A DNA stretch of 55,307 nucleotides from a virus (lineage: Duplodnaviria; Caudoviricetes), in IMG/VR virus record IMGVR_UViG_3300033143_003628, positions 1 through 55,307 of that record. One strand, written 5' to 3'. Positions 16,978 to 25,231 of this stretch are shown here, piece by piece (positions within the stretch are counted from its first letter, which is position 1; every line of letters starts with the position of its first letter). A model generated the notes under the pieces. That model saw nothing but the letters and a program-made list of their open reading frames with translations. It was not told the DNA's origin and did no database searches. The translations under genes were made by a program, and so were the position numbers.

Positions 16978-18900
16978 ATGAAAGATGTTATTGCATTTGA
17001 TACTGAGACACATCTTTTTGGTCCTGCGAACCAGGCGCCGAAAATTGTTTGCCTGACTTATGCACAAGCTGAAGGTTCGGGAATAATAGTTAACAAAAAT
17101 GACATAGAGAATTGGTTGCATAGTCAACTTACACATACCGCACAAGGACATGTAACATTGGTAGGCCATTACACCGCCTACGATGCTTCTGTTATTATTG
17201 CGAACTTTCCTAAATTAAGACAGCTAGTCTTCGATGCCTATTCGTGTGATGGGATCACTTGTACCGGGATACGTGAAAAGCTTTTAGACATCGCTTTAGG
17301 TCAATTCAAATACCCTGTAGATTCACATGGTAAAAAACATTCGACTGGTTATCACCTTGCCGACCTTGCAAAAATTCGACTCGGACAGCACCTTGAAAAA
17401 GCAGATACTTGGCGCCTGAGGTATGCCGAACTCGATGGCGTTCAGCTAAAGGACTGGCCGCAAGATGCTATCGACTATGCGTTAAAGGATGCAGAAGTTA
17501 CATTTAACATGTATCGAAATCAAGCCGCCCGCGCCGAACAAATTCATTACGCCCTGCCTACGGAATACGAAGACACACGTGCGGACTTTGCATTAAAGCT
17601 TATGTCTGCCTGGGGAATAGAAACAGATGTGCCGCGAGTAAAAGATTTATGGAATAACACAGTCGATAAAATGCACATCATAGCGGAAGACCTGCAACAC
17701 ACCGGACTTATCGAAGTTGTTCCGCAAACTACCTTAGAAGATTCTGCGGGCCGAACGATTCTGCCACAGACAAAAAAATCTAATAAAGTTCTGCGCGGTA
17801 TGATCGAACAATATTATCCGGGCGATCCGCCTCGAACGAAACCGACTAGCAAGTTCCCTGACGGCCAAATTAAAACCGGTATCGAAGTGGTGCAAGAATG
17901 TGACAACGAAAAGTTACAAAGCATCGTTCAGTTTTCGAAGTTAGAAAAATTAACAAGTACTTACTTATCAAAAATGTTTAAACCCGTTCTGCACGCACGT
18001 TTCAATGGTATAGGTGCTGCAAGTAATCGCACCAGCTGTTCAAACCCTAACCTACAAAATCAATCTAAGTTGCCTGGACTGCGCGAATGTTTTGTGCCGC
18101 GTCCCGGCCATGTGTTCTGCTCGGTCGATTTCGATTCACAAGAAATGCGAACTCTTGCGCAAAGTCAAATTGATATTTGTGGCCGCAGTAAGTTGGCCGA
18201 ACGGTATCAGGCAGATCGGTACTTCGATCCGCACCTTGAATTCGCTGCAACGATGGCAGGGATTTCAATAGAACAGGCACAAAAGTTACTTACCGAAGGT
18301 GACGAAAGTATTCAAAAACTAAGGCAGCAAACGAAAATAGCTAACTTCGGATTCCCTGGCGGGATGGTAGGCCGGACTCTGGTCGGCTATGCTAAACCGT
18401 GGGGCATAGATATTACAACGAGTAGAGGTAACGAGCTGCGGACCGCATGGTTCCAGCAGTGGCCCGAGATGGAAATGTATTTCGAACATGTTCAAAATCT
18501 AATAGGTCCGGCAGATAGCGGAACGGTTATCATCCCGCAGAGTGGATTCTGGCGCGGCGATTGTGGATATACTAATTCAGCCAATACTTATTTTCAAACG
18601 CTCGCGGCACATGCCAGCAAGACCGCATTATGGGAAGTCTGTAAGAAGTGTTACTGTGGCGAAGGTTCGGCGCTTTATAACTCGCGCCCGGTTGTTTTTA
18701 TTCACGACGAAATTTTAACTGAGGTGCCAAAAGAGTTAGGGCACGAAGCAGCTTTGGAGATAGCTGAAATTTTTATTGCGGCACAAGAAAGGTGGACACC
18801 TAACGTTCCCGCCGCAGCTTCGGGAACTTTAATGACTTGCTGGTCGAAGAGTGCGGAAAAAGTTTTTGAAAATGGTCGATTGATTGCATGGGGTGAATAA
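16978..18900 (+). CDS. polA: family A DNA polymerase with 3'-5' exonuclease domain
   Basis: FDTET, YALKDA, NPNLQN, DFDSQEMR, RQQTKIANFG, FIHDEI. Confidence 0.93.
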   Translation: MKDVIAFDTETHLFGPANQAPKIVCLTYAQAEGSGIIVNKNDIENWLHSQLTHTAQGHVTLVGHYTAYDASVIIANFPKLRQLVFDAYSCDGITCTGIREKLLDIALGQFKYPVDSHGKKHSTGYHLADLAKIRLGQHLEKADTWRLRYAELDGVQLKDWPQDAIDYALKDAEVTFNMYRNQAARAEQIHYALPTEYEDTRADFALKLMSAWGIETDVPRVKDLWNNTVDKMHIIAEDLQHTGLIEVVPQTTLEDSAGRTILPQTKKSNKVLRGMIEQYYPGDPPRTKPTSKFPDGQIKTGIEVVQECDNEKLQSIVQFSKLEKLTSTYLSKMFKPVLHARFNGIGAASNRTSCSNPNLQNQSKLPGLRECFVPRPGHVFCSVDFDSQEMRTLAQSQIDICGRSKLAERYQADRYFDPHLEFAATMAGISIEQAQKLLTEGDESIQKLRQQTKIANFGFPGGMVGRTLVGYAKPWGIDITTSRGNELRTAWFQQWPEMEMYFEHVQNLIGPADSGTVIIPQSGFWRGDCGYTNSANTYFQTLAAHASKTALWEVCKKCYCGEGSALYNSRPVVFIHDEILTEVPKELGHEAALEIAEIFIAAQERWTPNVPAAASGTLMTCWSKSAEKVFENGRLIAWGE

Positions 18901-19397
18901 TGAAACTTTTAGCAATAGATCCAGGTAAGGCTACTGGGTGGGCGTTCTTTAATAATCAAAGTAAATTGGATGCGTGCGGAGTTATCGAAATAGATGCTGA
19001 TTTTACAAATACTAATCTTACAAATATTTTTGAAGGATTCAATTCAGCATACGAACCGGATCTGCTTGTGATAGAAATTCCACAAATCTATTCTGTTCGG
19101 CAGTGGAAGGGAGATCCGAATGACTTAATTGATCTGGCAGTACAGGCTGGTCAAATCATTGGAACCTTTTCTAGTACCGCAAACATAAAAAAGATTCGAC
19201 CTCACAATTGGAAAGGGAATCTGCCTAAAGAAATTTGTAACACTAGATCCCTTTCTAAACTCAGTTCAATAGAATCAATGGTAGTACAGAACGCACAAAT
19301 AATTTCTAAAAAGGGTTCGCGTAAAATGATAAAAACCCTGGCCCATAATATGCTCGATGCAATCGGGATCGGACTTTGGCAGCTGAAAAGGAGATGA
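18900..19397 (+). CDS. RuvC-like Holliday junction resolvase
   Basis: LLAIDPG..TGWA, VIEIP, HNMLDAIGIG. Confidence 0.8.
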   Translation: MKLLAIDPGKATGWAFFNNQSKLDACGVIEIDADFTNTNLTNIFEGFNSAYEPDLLVIEIPQIYSVRQWKGDPNDLIDLAVQAGQIIGTFSSTANIKKIRPHNWKGNLPKEICNTRSLSKLSSIESMVVQNAQIISKKGSRKMIKTLAHNMLDAIGIGLWQLKRR

Positions 19398-19404
19398 TTG
19401 AAAA

Positions 19405-19617
19405 ATGACACCTACACCTAAACAAAATGTGACTTCAATACGACTTATTTATAATGGTCTGAAATCTAGACCCTATACAGTTCAAGAGCTGCAAGCGCTC
19501 ATTAAAGGAAGTCGTTCTACAGTCTACAGGTATTTACGTATACTTACAGAGTCAGGGGTAGAGGTTCGGCGCGTCGGGATGAATAGACCTACTCAATACC
19601 ACATAGAAAAAAGCTAA
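19405..19617 (+). CDS. small HTH DNA-binding protein
   Basis: TVQELQ....SRSTVYRYLRIL..SG. Confidence 0.75.
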   Translation: MTPTPKQNVTSIRLIYNGLKSRPYTVQELQALIKGSRSTVYRYLRILTESGVEVRRVGMNRPTQYHIEKS

Positions 19618-19664
19618 TGATTTTAATCCTTTGAAACCACTTGAAATTATTTCAATCAATTAAC

Positions 19665-19693
19665 TTGACACACTGTCTCAAGCGATTTATATT
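19665..19693 (+). promoter_or_regulatory. strong sigma70-type (early) promoter
   Basis: TTGACA, 17 nt, TATATT, with AT-rich upstream sequence. Confidence 0.85.
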
Positions 19694-19738
19694 TAGCTCA
19701 TAACACAGCGATTGCAAAACAGCGAAAGGCAAAACAAA

Positions 19739-19957
19739 ATGACCTTAAAAGAGAAAAAAGAAAAGCTTTTTAAAAAATTAACTAGATATGTTGAAACCGG
19801 TTACACTGTTTCAGTGTCACCACTTGATGTCTTGAATCCTCATTATTTTAATGCAACTCTTGAAACCTTCAAAAACAAATACCGTGGCGACGGAGCAACC
19901 CCTGCAAGTGCTTTGAATAATGCTTTTTTGGCTTATGAAAAAAATCTTATTGGATAG
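19739..19957 (+). CDS. hypothetical early protein
   Basis: ATG after GAAAGG within tracked ORF 19712..19957. Confidence 0.6.
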   Translation: MTLKEKKEKLFKKLTRYVETGYTVSVSPLDVLNPHYFNATLETFKNKYRGDGATPASALNNAFLAYEKNLIG

Positions 19958-19994
19958 ATAAATGATTTGGCAGAACTAGGGAAGGATTTAAAAA

Positions 19995-20204
19995 ATGAAA
20001 ACAAATAATAAAATACCTATTGATGACAGATTGTATACTGTTGTAGGTATAAACGGATTTAGAAAAAGTAATTTAACACGAAGTCAAGCATTTCATTTAG
20101 CAGAACAAACACGTGAACAAATGAAACGTGCCGGATGGCGTGGAGAAGTTAAAGTTTATTATCGAGATGGAAGCGAAGTAAAAGAAGACAACAAAAGGCA
20201 ATAA
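19995..20204 (+). CDS. hypothetical early protein
   Basis: GAAGGA RBS. Confidence 0.65.
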   Translation: MKTNNKIPIDDRLYTVVGINGFRKSNLTRSQAFHLAEQTREQMKRAGWRGEVKVYYRDGSEVKEDNKRQ

Positions 20205-20234
20205 CGCCTAAACAATTTTTGAAAGGATTTTAAA

Positions 20235-20642
20235 ATGGCAAAAGCAAAAAAAGCAAAAACAACTAAGCCCGCAACCCCCCCGACACCCGAGCCCGCACCC
20301 GAGCGCAAGCGCACCGTTCGTTCGACTAAGAAGTACACCACTCAAATGATCGGTGATGTCGAAGTCAAACAGCCCTACTGGGAATCAACCGTGAATGGCG
20401 TGACTAAAGCGTTCACATCGAACACCGAAGCTCACGCATGGTACAAAGAGAACTCGCCCGGTGGCCGCAAGCCCAAACTCTTTTCAGCCATCAAAGCTTT
20501 TCAGAAAAAGCTGGAAGGTATCGAACTTGAAAATCCGGCGCACATGGGAGTGGACACAGAAGACAATGCAAATTCACTCAGGGATATTGCAGCTCATGCG
20601 ACTGACATCATGGTTCGATTTGAAGAACAGGGGGTTAGCTAA
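20235..20642 (+). CDS. hypothetical early protein with basic, Pro-rich N-terminus
   Basis: GAAAGGA RBS. Confidence 0.7.
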   Translation: MAKAKKAKTTKPATPPTPEPAPERKRTVRSTKKYTTQMIGDVEVKQPYWESTVNGVTKAFTSNTEAHAWYKENSPGGRKPKLFSAIKAFQKKLEGIELENPAHMGVDTEDNANSLRDIAAHATDIMVRFEEQGVS

Positions 20643-20647
20643 ACAAC

Positions 20648-20742
20648 GGGGAACGTTTGAGCGTTCCCTTAAGTCTATTCGAAAGTAGATTTAAGGAAGC
20701 GCTTAAGCTTCACAATTCAGCCGTAGGACGAAGCTCCACGGC
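20648..20742 (+). promoter_or_regulatory. structured mRNA leader (long hairpin plus RBS-adjacent hairpin)
   Basis: 22-bp imperfect stem 20656-20707 with G-U pairs; second stem 20720-20742 abuts GGAGG. Confidence 0.6.
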
Positions 20743-20754
20743 GGAGGTTAAATC

Positions 20755-21921
20755 ATGGAACTCTTTAAAGCATCAAACCAATGGCAGACTCGACCCGTAG
20801 ACGAAAGGTTCTGGTCGGTTCAGGAAGCGATGAAACAATGTCGGAATTATTACGCGAATAGTTTTGTAGACGAATGTGATTATCAGAACTTGCGAGTCGA
20901 AGCTTCCGGCGACGACATGAAACTTTTGACAGATAGTAAGGCAGTTGATGAAGTCAAAATTTCGAACTACGCTTTTGGTCAACTCTGTCAGCGCGGCGCA
21001 GTATCCGCCCCGGCAAGTTATCTGCGAAAGCTTCCGCCGACCCTGGCAGCGCAGAACCTGAACTTCTCACTGAAGACATCGAAGCAAGAAAAAAAGGCGA
21101 GCTTACTTATGCAAAAAGTGAACGGCTCGAATCTACTTCGGGCAAGTGTCAGCGATTTATACGAGCGGCTTTGGAACTACGAAATCTTTGACCAGCTTCA
21201 GGAGCTACCCAGGGGATGGAGACCTCCACCAGCTCGGCCCGCCTTTGATGACCCTAGAGCACGACCTGCGACTGAAGCCGATGTCCTGGCGGCTGACACT
21301 GGCGGCATGTTATCAATTAAAGTAGGTGATGAAATAGCACCCGCCGGGATTTACGCTTCCGACCATGACATGTTCGTGTTTCTCATTAACGAAGACAATC
21401 GAATTGAAGAAACACTTTCACGCGGTTTTTTCTTATGGAACTCCGAAGTCGGTGACAAGTCTTTTGGCTATTGTTCGTTCTTATATAACAGTGTGTGTGG
21501 AAATCATATTGTTTGGGGGGCTCAAGGTGTTATCGAAGTTCGGATGCGACACATGGGTGAGATACGAAGCGAAGCTTTTTCCGAGCTGCAGATTGAGATG
21601 CAGAAATATTCCGATAGTTCTGTCAGTGACGACCAGGCAGTTATAGAGACCTCGAAGAAATTGACTTTGGGAGCTTCAAAGGACCAGGTAGTCGCAGCAT
21701 TACTAGGGATTTCGAAAAAGAAAAACATCGTCGGTATTAACACCCGCACAGCTTCTAAAGCTTACGAAATAGCCGAGCAGTATACCGATAGATATGGAGA
21801 CCCGAACACGCTCTGGGCATCTGTGAACGGCCTCACACAGTATTCTCAGGAGTTGCCGCATGCAGACACACGAAACAACCTTGACAGAGCGGCAGGCAAG
21901 TTGCTTGCGATAGCTCAATAG
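20755..21921 (+). CDS. DUF932/DUF945-like protein
   Basis: AFGQLC...AP..YL, LRA.VS..Y.R, GFFLWNSEVG.KS, VCGN, LW...NGLT. Confidence 0.75.
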   Translation: MELFKASNQWQTRPVDERFWSVQEAMKQCRNYYANSFVDECDYQNLRVEASGDDMKLLTDSKAVDEVKISNYAFGQLCQRGAVSAPASYLRKLPPTLAAQNLNFSLKTSKQEKKASLLMQKVNGSNLLRASVSDLYERLWNYEIFDQLQELPRGWRPPPARPAFDDPRARPATEADVLAADTGGMLSIKVGDEIAPAGIYASDHDMFVFLINEDNRIEETLSRGFFLWNSEVGDKSFGYCSFLYNSVCGNHIVWGAQGVIEVRMRHMGEIRSEAFSELQIEMQKYSDSSVSDDQAVIETSKKLTLGASKDQVVAALLGISKKKNIVGINTRTASKAYEIAEQYTDRYGDPNTLWASVNGLTQYSQELPHADTRNNLDRAAGKLLAIAQ

Positions 21922-21934
21922 AAAGGAATTCGAT

Positions 21935-22135
21935 ATGACAAACAAAAAAAGATTTAGATATGAAGGAACTTTTAAAAGGTGGATCGGCAAACCCGATCCA
22001 CATGGTTATGGATCTTTTGTAATTGATTCAGATGATATTCAATCAATCTCTTTAAAACATCTACGTGATAAAAAATTTGGGCATAAAGTAGAGCATATAC
22101 AAGAGTGCGTAGATGGTTATTACATAAAAGTATAA
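21935..22135 (+). CDS. hypothetical protein
   Basis: GAAAGGAATT leader. Confidence 0.6.
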   Translation: MTNKKRFRYEGTFKRWIGKPDPHGYGSFVIDSDDIQSISLKHLRDKKFGHKVEHIQECVDGYYIKV

Positions 22136-22149
22136 GAAAGGAATTCGAT

Positions 22150-22800
22150 ATGACAAACAATAAAAAATACACTGGGCTTTTGAATCTACCTAAACCAATC
22201 GACGTAGCAAGCGCGGCGAAAGCTCCCGCACAAGATGCGCAAAAGGTTGTTCAGCTCGTCGAAGCGCAGCCCATCAAAAAACATGCGGACCTCGAACTCG
22301 CTGTGTCATGGATCGCGGCGATTAAAAAACAGCTGATAGAAGTAGAAACGAAACGAAAATCTTTTACCGAACCACTCAAGCAAGTTGTCGCCGAACTCGA
22401 AAGCTTTTTTAAGATTCCCGAAGATTCTTTGAAAGCATCCGAAGCCGCACTCAAAACAAAAATTTTTGATTATGTTGATAACAACATCTCAAAGCGCGAC
22501 AAACTTCTAACTGAGATCTCCGAATCGAAATCAATTGACACGAAACAAAAGCTTCTGTCAAGGGTCGAAAAATTGGAGATCCCCAAGGTCCCTGGATTGT
22601 CGGTTCGGGAAACCAAAGGCGGTGAAGTTATTGATGCGAATCAGATTAAGTCCTGGGCAATCGAAAACAATCTGCTCGACCTACTCATGCCGGATACGAA
22701 AGCAATCAAAGCCTATACAAAAGCGATTGATTGTGAAATACCCGGCTGGCAGAACACGATTAAAAAGACTCCCGTCATCACTCCCAAACATATCAAATAA
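22150..22800 (+). CDS. coiled-coil phage protein (E..RK..T.PL motif)
   Basis: Start placed at the ATG after the GAAAGGAATTCGAT leader. Confidence 0.7.
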   Translation: MTNNKKYTGLLNLPKPIDVASAAKAPAQDAQKVVQLVEAQPIKKHADLELAVSWIAAIKKQLIEVETKRKSFTEPLKQVVAELESFFKIPEDSLKASEAALKTKIFDYVDNNISKRDKLLTEISESKSIDTKQKLLSRVEKLEIPKVPGLSVRETKGGEVIDANQIKSWAIENNLLDLLMPDTKAIKAYTKAIDCEIPGWQNTIKKTPVITPKHIK

Positions 22801-22870
22801 AAATAAAACGACCCGAGTACTTGCCATGTCTCAAATGCTCGGGTCTACATCGAAAGGAATTAAGATGTCC
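22797..22870 (-). ncRNA. candidate ~70-nt small RNA with anti-Shine-Dalgarno loop
   Basis: Minus-strand promoter TTGCAT(22902-22897), 16 nt, TGn-TACTAT(22880-22875); two hairpins; U-rich tail on the minus strand. Confidence 0.55.
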
Positions 22871-23044
22871 TGCGATAGTATCATAGCACCCGGCAAATGC
22901 AAGCGGAGCTACCCCACGGACACCCAGGCAGCTGTTCTGCCCTTCGTGTGTATGCTCTAGTGTCCTAACCTTGGAAGGACCTCACGACGCTTGTGAGGGC
23001 TCTAATAGTACTATATAATGTACCAATTACAGTGAGGTTATAAT

Positions 23045-23734
23045 ATGAAACTAAAAGGATCCTTTTTAATAATTATTGCGCTCGCGGTGTCTTCACCTTC
23101 AGAGCCCGTTCAGCTCGCCATAGAACATCTTCTCAAAGACGAAATTCCACAGTTCAGAACTCGACCTTATCCACGGCACCCGGTGGCACGTGACCCAGTA
23201 CAACGTGCAAAGCTCGCCGAAGCTATCTCAGCCGCTTCACAAGCTTACGAAAATATTCCTGTGATGGTTCTAGTGGCCGTCGCATATAGGGAGTCAGGGT
23301 TCAGCCAGGACGCTATCAGTTCAGCGGGTGCCAAGTCAGCTTTTCAACTCATGCCCCACACAGCTAAAGAGATAAAAAGTTTTGAAGTTCTATGTGACCT
23401 GCGGTCGATTGAAGGGGCGGCTTATTGTTCGGCAGCTTGGCTAGACATATGGCAGACTCGATGCGGTTCAATGACTGGAAGTCATATAGTTTACTTGACT
23501 GGCAAGTCGTGTCGAACTCAGAACAAAAAGATTCTGTGGCGTGCTCGGGATCGGGTTCGGCTGGCTGCATACCTGCAGAACCGTTATTCACCAGAAAGTT
23601 CGCTTTTGATTTCAAGTTCGGACATGAAGGGGAATCGATACCGCAGCCCATTTTTTGAACGCAGAGCTTTGACCCAACTCTTCCAAGACTCCGAACTGGG
23701 TTCGACCAGCCAAGCGCCACCGACTGCGCCATAG
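23045..23734 (+). CDS. lytic transglycosylase (SLT) with N-terminal signal; candidate endolysin
   Basis: VAVAYRES.F...A.S.AGA...FQLMP.TA motif; hydrophobic N-terminus. Confidence 0.8.
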   Translation: MKLKGSFLIIIALAVSSPSEPVQLAIEHLLKDEIPQFRTRPYPRHPVARDPVQRAKLAEAISAASQAYENIPVMVLVAVAYRESGFSQDAISSAGAKSAFQLMPHTAKEIKSFEVLCDLRSIEGAAYCSAAWLDIWQTRCGSMTGSHIVYLTGKSCRTQNKKILWRARDRVRLAAYLQNRYSPESSLLISSSDMKGNRYRSPFFERRALTQLFQDSELGSTSQAPPTAP

Positions 23735-24285
23735 GTATCCGACATTACATTGTCACACTTGAACCTGACTACATAAGGATTCCATGAAGTATGGCCCGCC
23801 GTCTTGTGTGCGTCCACATGTCCCGTTCGCAGTCCTTCTCGAACCATTTGATCGCGCAACTCGTCAGCAAATCCGCCATCGGTCGCCGGTCCCGGTGCGC
23901 CTATCTCTCCATCTCGAATATCAATCTCGGCGGCAAGGCAAGCATACAAAATAATCTTCACCGACGAAACACAGGATTCCGCTAACGCTTTCGATAGACT
24001 TTGAATGTGTTGTTTTCCAAAACCAAACTGAATTCCTTTCGGCCAACCGTGACCGAAAAAAGCTATCGCTTGCAAAGATTCCCTTTGACTCAACTCTTCC
24101 AGTACTCTGGTACGTCTGACCCCTTTACGAATGCCGACACATTCGACTGGGATCATATTTTTAAGCGGGATAGAATGTTCGCGCTGAAACTTTTTAGCTT
24201 CGGGAATAAATGCACCCGTCGCGTCATGTCGGCCTTTGGCATTTGTACTTGAATAAAACACTAAAATTTTATCGCCGTTGATCAT
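23584..24285 (-). CDS. hypothetical protein with caspase-like HG...AC motif spacing
   Basis: IAFFGHG ... IILYAC. Confidence 0.55.
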   Translation of the reverse strand: MINGDKILVFYSSTNAKGRHDATGAFIPEAKKFQREHSIPLKNMIPVECVGIRKGVRRTRVLEELSQRESLQAIAFFGHGWPKGIQFGFGKQHIQSLSKALAESCVSSVKIILYACLAAEIDIRDGEIGAPGPATDGGFADELRDQMVREGLRTGHVDAHKTAGHTSWNPYVVRFKCDNVMSDTYGAVGGAWLVEPSSESWKSWVKALRSKNGLRYRFPFMSELEIKSELSGE

Positions 24286-24416
24286 TCTGTACCGTTTATG
24301 ATTAACTCTTGTGACACTTCCAAGCCATCAATAATCAATTCTTCCAAAGCTTCATTGCCGTCAACAATCAATTCAGCTGATACCTCTAAGCCGTTAATAA
24401 TTAATTCTTCAGCCAA
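24282..24416 (-). CDS. 44-aa acidic peptide of four 11-residue repeats (not in ORF track)
   Basis: (M)AEELIINGLEVSAELIVDGNEALEELIIDGLEVSQELIINGTE*; overlaps both neighbours. Confidence 0.7.
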   Translation of the reverse strand: MAEELIINGLEVSAELIVDGNEALEELIIDGLEVSQELIINGTE

Positions 24417-24738
24417 TGTTCGGCCTCACATCCAATATAACAGTGTACTTTCGTGGCAACCTAAAAGATGGCGAGCCGCCCGTCGGAGTAAATTCGAATT
24501 CCACCACATGTCTGCCCGCTATTAAATCGGTTGCGCCCCAAGTAATCTGACCTAACTCCGAGTCACTTGCGCCGACCGGTGTAACTGTCTTTGTTACAGC
24601 TGTACCCGTCACCTCATTTTTCATGTGCATTTCTACTGTGGTATAATTGGCCAAATCTAAACCAGTGAAACGGACATCTAACTTCGGTGCATCGTCTACC
24701 GCGACCAGGTTATAAATTATCTGTCTAGTCTGAACCAT
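24409..24738 (-). CDS. BppU-like (baseplate upper N-terminal) domain protein
   Basis: DL..YT.V.MHM...GQITW.ATDL.AG....EFE.T pattern. Confidence 0.6.
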   Translation of the reverse strand: MVQTRQIIYNLVAVDDAPKLDVRFTGLDLANYTTVEMHMKNEVTGTAVTKTVTPVGASDSELGQITWGATDLIAGRHVVEFEFTPTGGSPSFRLPRKYTVILDVRPNIG

Positions 24739-24742
24739 ATGT

Positions 24743-25222
24743 TTACCTCTTCTTTTTCTTTGGCTTTATATCGGCTTTGACTTCGTGCTCGGCAAGAGCT
24801 TCTTTCATAACAATTTTTAAATTTACAAGTCTTTTCTGTTCCCTTGTTTCGTCAGTCCTTTGCAGATTCACAATTGTATCTTTAATACTCTCTTGAGATT
24901 TAGAAACTTTCACAAGTGTGTCAGTGTTCTTATCCACACCGCCCTTAAGTGTATAGAACTGGCCGATTGCGGCCACTATAATAACCAATGTGGCAATGAT
25001 CGCACCAATCTTAAATTTAGAAAGTCCTTCTTTCCATTCGGTCAACCGATCAAGTTCAGATTCCTTAAGGCACAAATGTGGCTCGGCAGCTTTCGCTTTG
25101 GCAGACAAAGCTATCTGCTTAAACTCGTCCAAATCTTTTTCTAATGCAGTCAACTTGGCCTCCGTTGCTTCTCTGTTCGCCTTTTCTTTCAGCGCCTCGC
25201 GCCATGGTTCTGCAGGACACAT
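24743..25222 (-). CDS. single-TM coiled-coil protein
   Basis: IGAIIATLVIIVAAIG. Confidence 0.6.
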   Translation of the reverse strand: MCPAEPWREALKEKANREATEAKLTALEKDLDEFKQIALSAKAKAAEPHLCLKESELDRLTEWKEGLSKFKIGAIIATLVIIVAAIGQFYTLKGGVDKNTDTLVKVSKSQESIKDTIVNLQRTDETREQKRLVNLKIVMKEALAEHEVKADIKPKKKKR

Positions 25223-25231
25223 TTGAAACCC

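Noticed and set aside
22535-22960. 141-aa + strand ORF
   Set aside because: It overlaps a better gene out of frame and runs through the hairpin/promoter region. Only its last 31 codons have an RBS (considered under the sRNA finding).
24298-24525. + strand ORF with IINSS repeats
   Set aside because: It is the antisense shadow of the 44-aa minus-strand repeat peptide, which is coupled to both neighbours.
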